A stretch of DNA of 64,000 bases. Source: Octopus sinensis (taxonomy: Eukaryota). Where the stretch lies: contig NC_042997.1 in the NCBI RefSeq assembly GCF_006345805.1, forward strand, positions 195,424,001 through 195,488,000, written 5' to 3'. Position 1 is the stretch's first letter. Each line of letters starts with the position of its first letter. The notes beneath the pieces are model-generated. The model searched no databases. It worked only from the letters and a program-made list of their open reading frames with translations, and had not been told where the DNA came from. Shown one piece after another: positions 51,929 through 63,445 of the stretch. Both the position numbers and the translations under genes were made by a program.

Positions 51929-52901
51929 GTATCAGCGAGTTTACTTTTTCATACATATTTTTCTCTTTGTATTGATTTTCTTAATAGAGTACGATGTGAT
52001 ATAGCAGCGACATATGTTTAATCTATTTGTATTACTTTTTTATATATAATTTTAGATTTGGAAGTTTTTGTAGTCTCGAGCATGTGCCCTGCTTTTGCAT
52101 TGTGGGTAGGAATATTGCTTTGTTGATAAATTACCTTGTTTTCATTTCCTATAGAAAATTGTTTCTTCACGCTGGAATTAAACGTATCTCTAACAATGTT
52201 AGGTATTCTGATGCAGTAATTGACTATACACGCCCTGTAAACACACTAACGGCTGCAGAGGAATATACATCCTATACTGGGATTCCACTTTGTCTATGAT
52301 TCATAGCTGTTGAAATAGATTCAGAGAGGAATGTCTTATCGATTCTGTGAAGACAACGTTCTGTGGTACCATTACAATGTTCAAATCTTGATTCATCCAC
52401 TCCAGAGGACTTTCTGAAACCAGTTTGAACCATTGATGTCATACTTGGCCCCCAAAATGCAACCGGTGCTTAATATTACTCTTGGGAACTGGAAGAATCG
52501 TTAGCACGCGGGGTAAAAGGATTACCGGCATTTCGCCTGTCTTTCCATTTTGAGTTCAAATTTCGCCGAGGGCTATTTTACTTTTCATCTTTTGGGGTCA
52601 ATAAAATAAGTATGATTTGAGCAACGGCATTGATATAATGGACTTACCCCGTCCCAGAAAAGTTTCAGGCACTGTACCTATCATAGAAAGGATTGTCTTA
52701 TTACATATTACAAATCCATGAAAACACTGCTACCCCCAAGAACATGCAGAAATGATTCTATAGATTAATATGGAATAACATCTTACTTTGATTTTCTTTT
52801 GTCCAGGAAACTGCATTTTCAAAGCTCGTAGGCAATCGTAGTCTATCGCCAATATTCTAGATATATAAAATTTAAAAGCTAGTTTGTTACGTGGTCTGGT
52901 T

Positions 52902-52963
52902 GCCGAGGTCGTCTAGGAGTTTGGACGCTACATAATAACTCAAGTTCGATTCCCGCGCACGGT
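52902..52963 (+). pseudogene. Heavily degenerate tRNA-His relic lacking most of the anticodon arm
   Basis: gccgaggtcgtctaggagtttggacg...caagttcgattcccgcgcacgg at the unit position 46 nt after TCTAGATA. Confidence 0.6.
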
Positions 52964-53645
52964 TGGCAGGTCATTTTTTATATTTCGTGTTTTATTGATT
53001 TACCTGTTTACGTTGTTTGCATGTAAAAATTTTATATATGATTTTATATTTCAAAGTTTTCTTCGTGTTTGGCGTTGCGAGCTGGCAGAATGGTTAGCAC
53101 CCCGAGCAAAACGCTTAGCGGCCTTTCGTCCGTCTTTCTCGTACTGCGCTCAAATTCCGCCGAGATACACATTCTTTTTCCTAATTTGGGTGTCGATAAA
53201 ATAAGTACCAGCTGAGCAGTAGGGTGAACGCAATCGACTTACATCCTTCCTGGAAATTTCTGGTATTGTCGCAATATTTGAAAATAATATCTATATCTAC
53301 ATTACGTTTCTATCAATTCTAACGCCATTCACATTTAACCGTTCCCCAAAATTCATCAGAGAAGGCAGGTTTCTTGTAGGAAGCTTGTACCCAGTGCGTG
53401 CAAAAATATTCCACACGTGATTCAAACTCGAACTCTGATTTGTCCAGAACACGACATTCACTGAGCTTTTAACGCCCGATTTTCTTCTTGTTCTTGTAGC
53501 GTGGACAGAACTGGTGCGTTGAAAAAAATAATTTTGTGTTTTGTCCGAAACAAATTGCTTTGTTCACGTTGGGAAATAATCGTATTCTACCGCCAATATT
53601 CTAGATATAGATAATTGAGAAACTGATACAGCAGCTGATCCCTCG

Positions 53646-53717
53646 GCCGTGATCGTCTAGTGGTTAGGACCCCACGTTGTGGCCGTGGTAACCCAGGTTC
53701 GAATCCTGGTCACGGCA
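53646..53717 (+). tRNA. tRNA-His(GUG), consensus
   Basis: Identical to the consensus. Confidence 0.97.
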
Positions 53718-53774
53718 GTTCAGCTACGTTATTTTTCATACGTTTTCTTTTTATTGATTTACTTAATAAAGTAC

Positions 53775-54645
53775 GGTGCTTCTTTAGAAGAGCACGTCTC
53801 CAAGAAAATGACGCTTACTTGTAGAAAAAAGTTAGGAAAATTAGAGATATATACCAAATGTATGAAGCGTGCAAAAAATTAGGAAGATTCATCTATTGCT
53901 AAATATTTTATACTAAAATATAAAACAAACGGAAAATGGGCACTCGCGAATATATACAAACATGTCGGACGATACAAGGGGCGGTAACTTACTTTTACCA
54001 GTCAGATATTATTAATAATTCAAGGGGCCCAACAATATCGTCTGCAAATTGTAAGAAGACCGTTTCACAGTCTTTTTCTTAGTTTATAACTAATATATAC
54101 TATTATGTCAAATTTTGGGTCTGAATGGGAAATTTTTAATGCTATGACCCTATTTCGTCCCGGAAGAGATTGGAGAACAACAGAAAAGGCCATTGACTGG
54201 TGTAGAAAATTTGGATTACTATCAAAACAAGAAATTTGTTGTGGAGTGCCATAACTTGCATACGTTTTGAGCATATTTACCCTTTTATTTTATAATTATT
54301 TCTGTTGTATATCACATCATAAAATGGGCGAAGATAAAGCGAGTGCACACCACCTAACCCTAACCCTAAAACCAACCCTAACCCATGTGTGCAGTAAAAA
54401 ATCTGATTAAAAACAATCAAGAATTTGCAAACGTTATTGCCGGGATCCTCGTATCATTTAATAATCTCTGACATATTTGTTTATATTGGCGAGTGCCCGT
54501 TTTCCATGTTTTATGTTTTTAGTATAAAATATTAAAAAAATGGACAATTCTTCCTAATTTTTTGCATACTTCATTTATTTTGGATATATTTCTCATTTTC
54601 ATAATTTTTTTCTAGCAATTAAGTGTCATTTTCTAAAGAAGTACC
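53775..54645 (+). mobile_element. 871-bp non-autonomous Merlin-like DNA transposon
   Basis: TIRs of ~200 bp starting GGT(G/A)CTTCTTTAGAA; exact 8-bp TSD TAAAGTAC (53767-53774 and 54646-54653). Remnant ORF 54144-54254 MTLFRPGRDWRTTEKAIDWCRKFGLLSKQEICCGVP* resembles, from memory, a Merlin/IS1595 transposase N-terminus. CCCTAA-like repeats at 54353-54384. Confidence 0.8.
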
Positions 54646-55793
54646 TAAAGTACGATGTGGTAAGGCAGCGGCATTTGTTTAAGTTATTTGTATTGCTTTA
54701 TATATAATTTTAGATTTCAACGTTCTTCTACTCGCGAGCATCACTCTGCTTTTGCAACATGGACCGTAATATAGCTTTGTCAAAAAATGACTTCGGTCTT
54801 GTTTCCTATAGAAAATTGTTTCTTCATGCAGGGAAGTAATCGTATCTCTAACAATTTTAGGTATACCAATGCAGCAATTGACTGTTCACGGCATGTAAAC
54901 ACACTAACGGCTGCATGAGGAAAATATATCTCGTACTGGGATTCCACCTCGTCTATAATTCATAGCCGTTGAAATCCACTCAGTGAGCAATCTCTTATCG
55001 GTTCTTTGAGGATAACGTTTTGTGGTATCATTACAAACCTTAAATCTTGATTCATCCACTGCAGAGGACTTTCTGAAACCAGTCCGAACCATCGTTACCA
55101 CACTTCTCCAAAAAATTGCAACCGGTGCTTAATATTCTTTCTAGCTGAAAAAGTTCCGTTGAGGTTAACATTGCCTTTCATATATACTGATAAGTAATGT
55201 TTATTGCTACTTCAACATGACTGTTACGAAGGAACCGACGTTACCGTTTTTCTTAAGCCCATGGGGACTTCCCCTGCATCTTGTTACTCGATGCAATCTG
55301 CATCCGATATTTATATTGCAGTCAGAGGAGTGAACACCAAGCATGATCCAGCTACGAGATCACCAGACTATACGGTATCGCGCTCTTTGTAGTCATACTA
55401 TGTGATGTATACTTGTCCGCTAGAGACAGCAGTAGCTCACTCCAGTTCGTAATATATAGAAAACAATTGACACCCACTCACTGATCATGCAACAAGTAAG
55501 TTAGCATGTTAGAAGATCTCTATAAGAGATAAAAGCAGTTACTATAAGTAATGCGTATCGCCACATATCCGATGCTGATTGAATCCAAAACCCGGATGGA
55601 GGAGGCGTCCCCTGGCGTTAAAATAACAGTAAATTCGGCTTCAACGGAGCAGCCATGTTTTGGTAGTTATAAACATTACTTTGATTTTCCTTTCTGCAGG
55701 AAACTGTTTTTTGACGCTCGGAAGTGATTTTATTCTACCGCCAATATTCTAAAAATCGTAATTCAAAATTATGTCTAGCAGATATCTTTGTTG

Positions 55794-55867
55794 GTCGTGT
55801 TCGTCTAGTGCGTAGGATCTTCACGCTTTTGGCCGTGGTAACCCAGGTTCGATTCCTGGTCACGGCA
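55794..55867 (+). pseudogene. tRNA-His pseudogene with 8-nt anticodon loop
   Basis: tcacg-CTTTTGGC-cgtgg; D-loop TGCG lacks GG; 74 nt. Confidence 0.7.
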
Positions 55868-56549
55868 GGTCTGTTAATTGTTGTTTTCGTACGTTTTTTT
55901 CTAACTTTATTGATTTTCTTGATATATTGCAATGCGATATCGCAGCTAAACCTCTTTAATTTATTTGTATTACTTGTATATACGAGTATAATTTTATATT
56001 TCAAAATTTTCTTAGTGTTTGCCATTACGAGCTGGCAGAATGGTTAGCACGCCGAGCAAAATACTTAGCGGCACTTCGTCCGTCTTTTGCGTACTGAGTT
56101 CATATTCCGCCATAGTCAACTTTCTGTTTTTTCTATTTCCGGGGTCGATAAAATAGACATCAGTTCAGCACTAGGGTCAATGCGGTTTCCCAAAATTCAT
56201 CAGAAGACAAATTTCTTGTAAGAAGATCGTACACAATGCATGCGAAAATATTCCCTACGCGACTCAAACTTGAGCTCTGATTTGTCCACAACGCGATATT
56301 TACCGAGTTTTTCACGAACGATTTTCAGGATGTTTCTGTAGTGTGGACTGGTTCATTGAAAAATTACTTTGTTCGTGTTTTCGAGGAATTGCTTTGTTTA
56401 CGCGGGAGAAGAGTCGTATTTACCGCCAATTTTCTAGATATCGATAACTGAGAAGCAGGCCCATTAGCTCGTCTCTCGGGCGTGATCGATTTACAGCCAA
56501 TATTCTAGATATCGATAACTGAGAAGCAGGCCCATTAGCTCGTCTCTCG

Positions 56550-56621
56550 GGCGTGATCGTCTAGTGGTTAGAAGCCTGCGTTGTGAATGTGGTAACCTCG
56601 GTTTCAATCCTGGTCACGGTA
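56550..56621 (+). pseudogene. Divergent tRNA-His(GUG) copy, probably a pseudogene
   Basis: GGCGTGA...CTGCG-TTGTGAA-TGTGG...CCTCGGTTTCAATCCTGG-TCACGGTA with several stem mismatches; preceded by a ~71-bp local duplication containing a 5' stub near 56479. Confidence 0.7.
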
Positions 56622-56904
56622 GATCGGCTTTCTTTTAATTTTCATACATATATTTGTCTTTTGTGGAGGCACATTGTCTAGTGGTTAGATCAGCGGACTC
56701 GCGATCGAGGGATATTCACTGAGTTTTTCACGACCGATATTCTGCTTGATCTTGTAGCGTGAACAGAACTGGTGAGTTGAAAAAAGATAATTTTGTGTTT
56801 TCCCCGAAACAAATTGCTTTGTTCACTCTGGGAAATAATCGTATCCTACCGCCCTTACTCTTGATATAGATAATTGAGAAAGCCCGGCAGTAGCTGGTCT
56901 CTCG

Positions 56905-56976
56905 GCCGTGATCGTCTAGTGGTTAGGACCCCACGTTGTGGCCGTGGTAACCCAGGTTCGAGTCCTGGTCACGGCA
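56905..56976 (+). tRNA. tRNA-His(GUG) variant
   Basis: Only change is T-loop TTCGAGT. Confidence 0.92.
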
Positions 56977-57843
56977 GTACCGGCTAGTTTATTTTCATAC
57001 ATATTTTTCTCTTTTTATTGAGTTTCTTAATAAAGTGCGATGTTATATGGTAGCAATATCTGTTTGAGCGATTTGTATTGCTTTTATATATAGTTTTAGA
57101 ATTGGAAGTTTTATTAGTCGCGAGCATGGGTCTGCTTTTGCATTGTGGGGTAGAATATTGCTTTGTTGAAAAATTACACTGTCTTTGTTTCCTATAGAAA
57201 ATTGTTTCTCCACACACTGGAAGTAAACGTATCTGTAACAATGTTAGGTATTCTGATGCAGTAATTGACTATGCACGCCCAGTAAACAAACTAACGGCTG
57301 AAGAGCAAAATGCATCCCATACTGGGATTCCCCACCTCGTCTATGATTCATAGATGTTGAAACAGACCCAAAGAGGAATCTCTTATCGTTGAAGGCAACG
57401 TTCTGTGGTACCATTAAAAACCTCAAATCTTGATTCATCCACTCCAGAGGACTTTTTGAAACCAGTCTGAACCATTGATACTATACTTGGCCCCCAAAAT
57501 GCAACCGGTGCTTAATAGTACTCTTGGGAACTGGAAGAATCATTAGCACGCGGGGTAAAAGGATTACCGGCATTTCGCCTGTCTTCCCATTTTGAGTTCA
57601 AATTTCACCGAGGACTATTTCACTTTTCATCTTTTGGGGTCAACAAAATAAGTATCTGTTGAGCAACGGCATTGATATAATAGACTTACTCTGCCCCAGA
57701 ATAATTTCAGGTAATGTGCCTATCATGGAAAGGGTTACTTGTCCGAAAGAAATTGCTTTGTTTACGCAGGGAAATAATCGTAGTCTACCGCCAATATTCT
57801 AGATATAGATAATTGATAAGCTATTCCGGCAGCTGGTCTCTCG

Positions 57844-57915
57844 GCCGTGATCGTCTAGTGGTTAGGACCCCACGTTGTGGCCGTGGTAACCTAGGTTCGA
57901 ATCCTGGTCACGGCA
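57844..57915 (+). tRNA. tRNA-His(GUG) variant
   Basis: T-stem CTAGG (wobble pair); otherwise consensus. Confidence 0.9.
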
Positions 57916-59752
57916 GCTCAGCTCCCTTATTTTACATACATATTGTCTTTTTATTGATTTTCTTAATAAAGTACTATGTGATAAGGCAGCGACATCTGTT
58001 TACGTTACTTGTATTACTTTTATATATAATTTTAGATTTCAAGGTTCTTCTACTCGCGTGCATCACTCTGCTTTTGCAGTATGGGCCGTAATATAGCTTT
58101 GTCGAAAAATGACTTGGGTCTTGATTTCTATAGGAAATTGTTTCTTCACGCTGGGAAGTAATCATATCTCTAACAATTTTAGGTATACCAATGCAGCAAT
58201 TGATTGTTCACGGCTTGTAAACACACTAACGAATGCAGAAGAAAATACATCCCATTCTGGGATTCCACCTTGTCTATGATTCAGAGGACTTTCTGCAACC
58301 ACTCAGAGTCATTACCACACTTGTCCGAATAAGTGCAACCGCTGCTTAATATTTCTCTAGGTGAACAAGTTCCGCCGAGGTCGACTCTGCCTTTCATGTT
58401 TTTGTGGTGGAAAAAAAATAAGTACCAGTTGATCATTAGTCCATTCCTCGAACCTGCTGCCCTTGTGCCAAAATTTGATACCAATATTTTTCTTGGTGAA
58501 GTGGCAGAATCGTTAGCACGCCGGGCAAAGTGCTTAGCAACATTTCGCTCTTCTTCCCATTTTGAGTTCACATTTCGCCGAGGACTATTTTATATTTTCT
58601 CCTTTTGGGGGTCAATAAAATAAGTAGCATTTGAACACTGGAAATGATATAATCGACTTACTTCCTCTCAGAAGAAATTCGGGCCTTGTGTCAAAGTAGA
58701 AAGGATTAACTTATTGCTTATCACAAATCCATAAAAACCGCCCACAAGAACATGCAGAAATAAATCTATAGTTTAATACGGAATAGCATATCCGTTTCCT
58801 TTCTTGAAAAAAAAACCCCATTCCTTAGAGCAAACTATCGGATTATTATTTTCTTGCATCGAGAAATATCACTGTTGTCCCATTCCCGTTTCAGAGTTTC
58901 CAAAGATTAATTAGAGACAGTAAATTCTCTTGTAACAAGACCATGCCCAGAGCATGTCATAATACTCTCTACAGGATTAAAACTGAGCTCTGACATGTCC
59001 ACAACCCGGTATTCAAGGAATTTTCAAAGAGCTACTTTTCAGTTGCTTCTGCAGTGTGGAGAAGTGTTGCTTTGTTGAAAAATTACTATGATTTTAGCTA
59101 ATTACAAACATTTCTATAAAAGATGAAAGCTGTAACTATACTGGGAAGCAATGATTAATGTCACTTTAACATGGCTGTTCCTTAGGAAGCGACGTTACCG
59201 TTATTTTAAGCTGATGGTAACTCCTCCTGCAGCTGGTTGTTCGATGCAATCTGCATCCGATATATATTGCAAGCAAAGGAGTGAAGCCTACCATGATCCA
59301 GCCACCCACCGCACGGTTACGACCTCTATGCGGTCATTGTCTGTGATGGACTTATTTCCTTCCCTGAAGTTGCTGGCATTGTATCAACATTTGAACTCAA
59401 TATTTATATTTGCATTACGTTTCCATCAATTACAACGCCATTCACTTTTCATAGTTTCCCAAAATTCATCAGAGATGTCAAATTTCTTGTAACAAGATCG
59501 TAGCAAATGCATGCGAAAATATTCTATACGTGGTTCAAACGTGAGCACTGACTTGTCCAGAAAACGATATTCACTGAGTTTTTCACGAATTATGTTCAGG
59601 ATGTTTTTACAGTGTGAGCAGGAGAACAGCTTCGTTGAAAAAATTATTTTCTGTTTTGTCGGCGAAATTGATTTATTCACTCTGGGAAATATTCTGTCGC
59701 CAATATTCTAGATAGAGATAATCGGGTAGCTAATAGGGCAGCTGGTCTGTCA

Positions 59753-59824
59753 GCCGTAATCGTCTAGTGGTTAGGACCCCACGTTGTGGCAGCGGTAACC
59801 CAGGTTCGAATCCTGGTCACGGCA
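59753..59824 (+). tRNA. tRNA-His(GUG) variant, probably impaired
   Basis: G6>A acceptor mismatch; anticodon stem 3' side AGCGG gives two mismatches. Confidence 0.55.
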
Positions 59825-60421
59825 GTAACTTCTAGTTCACTTTTTCATACATATTTTTCTCTTTGTATTGATTTTGTTAATAGAGTACGATGTGATATGG
59901 CAGCGACATCTGTTTAAGATATTTGTATTACTTTTATATATAATTTTAGATTTGGAAGTTTCACTAGTTTCGAGCATGGCTCTGCTTTTGCATTGTGGGA
60001 CGGAATATTACTTTGTTGATAAATTACTTTGTTTTTGTTTCCTGTAGAAAATTGTTTCTCCACACACTGAGAATTAAACGTATCTCTAACAATGTTAGGT
60101 CTTCCAATGCAGTAATTGACTGTTCACGCCCTGTAAACAAACTAACGGCTGAAAATGAAAATGCATCCCATACTAGGATTACACCACGTCTATAATTCAT
60201 AGCTGTTGAAATCCACTCAGTGAGGGATCTCTTATCGGTTCTATGAAAGCAACGTTCTGTGGTACCATTACAAAAGTTCAAATTCTGGTTCATCCATTCC
60301 AAAGGACTTTCGGAAACCAGTCTGAATCATCGTTACCACTCTTGTTCAACAAAGTGCAACCGGTGCTTAATATTTTCTAGATATACATAACTTAAAAGAT
60401 TGTGCTGCAGGTGGTCTGGTT

Positions 60422-60493
60422 ACCGTGATCGTCTTGTGGTTAGAGCGCTGCGTTCTGGCTGTGGTAACCCAGGTTCGAATTCAGAGCAGGAAG
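60422..60493 (+). pseudogene. tRNA-His-derived pseudogene with CTG anticodon (paralogue of 51063)
   Basis: accgtgatcgtcttgtggttagagcgctgcgTTCTGGCtgtggtaacccaggttcgaattcagagc. Confidence 0.75.
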
Positions 60494-61219
60494 GTTAATT
60501 ATTGTTCTTCGTATATTTTTCTTTTTGTTTCGTATTTTATTGATGTTCTTGATATACTGCAATGCAATATCGCATCTATATCTCTTTATGTTGTCTGTAT
60601 TACTTTTGTATGTAATTTTATATCTCAAAGTTTTCTAGTGTTTGTCGTTGCGAGATGTCAGAATTGTTCGCAATCCAAGCAAAATGCTTAGCGGCATTTC
60701 GTAGGTCTTTCGCGTACTGCGTTCTAATCCTGCCGAGGTCGACATTCTTTTTTCCTACTTTCGGGGTCGATAAAATGAGTACAAGTTAAGCAGTGGGGTC
60801 AATGCAATCGACTTACATCCTTCCCCGAAATTGCTAGCATTGTGCCAACATTTGAACACAATGTTTATATCTACATTACATTTTCATCAATTACAATGCC
60901 ATTCGCTTTTCATAGTTTCCGAAAACTCATCAGAGATGTCAAGTTTCTTGTAACAAGATCGTAGCAAATGCATACGAAAATATTCTCTACGTGGTTCATA
61001 CTTGAGCACTGACTTGTCCAGATCACGATATTCACTGAGTTTTTCACGAACTATTTTTAGGATGTTTTTACAGTGTGAGCAGGAGAACAGCTTCGTTGAA
61101 AAAAATATGTTTTGTTTTGTCGGCGAAATTGATTTATTCATTCTGGGAAATAATCATATTCTATCGCCAGTATTCTAGATAGAGATAATTGGATAGCAAA
61201 TCGAGCAGCTGGTCTGTCA

Positions 61220-61291
61220 GCCGTGATCGTCTAGTGGTTAGGACCCCACGTTGTGGCCGTGGTAACCCAGGTTCGAATCCTGGTCACGGCA
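61220..61291 (+). tRNA. tRNA-His(GUG), consensus
   Basis: Identical to the consensus. Confidence 0.97.
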
Positions 61292-62230
61292 GTCTCAGCT
61301 TGTTTGCTTTTCATACATATTTTTCTCTTTTTATTGATTTTCTTAATAGAGTACGATGTGATATGGCAGCGACATCTGTACAAGTTATTTGTATTACTTT
61401 TATATGTAATTTTAGATTTCAAAGATTTTCTAGTCGCGAGCATGACTCTGCTTTTGCATTGTGGGGGCGGAATATTGCTTTGTTGAAAAATTACCTTGTT
61501 TTTGTTTCCTATAGTAAATTGCCTCTTCAAATTGGAAGTAAACGTATCTGTAACAATGTTAGGTATTCTGATGCAGTAATTGACTATACACGCCCTGTAA
61601 ACACACTAACGGCTGCAGAGGAAAATGCATCTCATACTGGGATTCCACCTTGTCTATTATGCATAGCTATTGATATTGACTCAGAGAGGAATGTCTTATC
61701 GGTTCTGTGAAGACAACGTTCTGTGGTACCATTACAAACCTCAAATCTTGATTCATCCACTCCAGAGGATTTTCTGAAACCATTATGAACCATTGATACC
61801 ATACTTGGCTAAAAAAAAAAAAAAAAATTGCAACCGGTGCTTAATATTAGTCTTGGGAACTGGAAGAATCATTAGCACGCGGGGCAAAATGATTACCGGC
61901 ATTTCGCCTGTCTTTCCATTTTGAGTTCAAATATCGCCGAGGACTATTTCACTTTTCATCCTTTTGGGGTCAATAACCCCGCTTCAGAAAAATTTCAGGC
62001 ATTGAGCTCATCATAGAAAGGATTGTCTTATTACATATTACAAATCCACGAAAACCCTCCCACCCCTTAGAACATGCAGAAATAATTCTATAGATTAATA
62101 TGGAATAACGTCTTACTTTGATTTTCTTTTGTCCAGGAAACTGTTTTTCAACGCTCGGGAGCAATTTTATTCTATAGCAAATATTCTAGATATACATAAT
62201 TTAAAAGGCAGTACCACGGCTTCTCTGGTT

Positions 62231-62303
62231 GCCGTGATCGACTGGTGGTTAGGACACATATGTTGTACCTGTGTTAACCCAGGCTCGAATCTTAGTCACA
62301 GCA
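62231..62303 (+). pseudogene. Degenerate tRNA-His copy (GTA in the loop)
   Basis: gccgtgatcgactggtggttaggacacatatgTTGTACCtgtgttaacccaggctcgaatcttagtcacagca; B box and stems damaged. Confidence 0.75.
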
Positions 62304-62392
62304 ACTAAGTTTATTAATTTTTGTACATTTTTGTTTATTTAGTATTATATTGATTTATCTCTTTACGTTGTCTGCATTACTTTGATATATAA

Positions 62393-62895
62393 CTAGCAGC
62401 TAAGCCCAGTTTCTCCTGGTCGGTTTGGATGATGTGGCTGTAAAACCTGCTCTGTGTAAGCATTCGATTTCTTTGGGCACGCTTACGTTAACACACACAC
62501 ACACACATACACATACACACACACACACGCATTACGTTAACACACACATGCATTCACATACCTACCTTTTACAAACAAATATATTCATACAGATTTGAAA
62601 CGCTGTTTGATTTATTTTTTCAGCGTACAATTTTCATCATCCCACTACCAAGTATGACATCACCCCTTCCTTCTTTATTCATTTATAAACCTTCTTTTCT
62701 CATTCATAAACACAAGAGTATTATTATAGTAGATAATCTCGGTAGCCATGGGAACTATGAAAAAAATACAAAACCCAGCATCACCACCGCGTCATTCTAC
62801 ACATCTGTGTAATTTTTCGCGCAATTCCACCCAGTCATTTGAGCGTGAATCCCAAGCCAAAAAAGAATCGGTCATGTCAAATTCATATGCATAGA
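62393..62895 (-). mobile_element. 503-bp non-autonomous Helitron inserted into an array unit
   Basis: The minus strand starts TC and ends CTAG and is inserted between A and T without a TSD. Removing it restores atatataa|ttttatatt as in sister units (e.g. near 51250). Confidence 0.75.
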
Positions 62896-63373
62896 TTTTA
62901 TATTTTCAAGTTTTCTGATTGTTTGTCGTTGCAAGCTAGCAGAATGGTTAGCACTCCGAGCAAAATGCTTAGCGGCATTTCGTCCGTCTTTCGCGTACTG
63001 CGTTCAAATTTCGCCGAGACAGACTTTCTTTTTTGCTACTTTCGATGTCGATAAAATAAGTACCTGTTGAGCAGTGCGGTGAATGCATTCGACTTACTTC
63101 CTTCCCTGGAAATTGCTGGCATTGTGCCAACATTTGAAAATAATATTTATATCCACATTACGTTTCCATCAATTCTAACGCCATTCACATTTCAAAGTTC
63201 CCCAAAATTCATCAGAGAAGGCAGGTTTGTTGTAAGAAGATCGTACCCAATGCATGCAAAAATATTCTACACATTGAACAAATTGATTTGTTTACGCGGT
63301 GAAATAATCGTAGTCTACCGCCAATATTCTAGATATAGATAATTGAGAAGCTGATGCATCAGCTGTTCTCTCG

Positions 63374-63445
63374 GCCGTGATCGTCTAGTGGTTAGGACCC
63401 CACGTTGTGGCCGTGGTAACCCAGGTTCGAATCCTGGTCACGGCA
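63374..63445 (+). tRNA. tRNA-His(GUG), consensus
   Basis: Identical to the consensus. Confidence 0.97.

Noticed and set aside
56663-56705. tRNA-like stub ggaggcacattgtctagtggttagatcagcggactcgcgatcg
   Set aside because: It looks like the head of SINE family C and lacks a T arm; it was not counted as a tRNA.
32726-61710. Recurrent short ORFs 'MVRTPRCGRGNPGSNPGHG...' and 'MAVVTQVRILVTA...'
   Set aside because: They are translations of the tRNA gene itself starting at non-ATG codons, and their downstream frames are not conserved between units.
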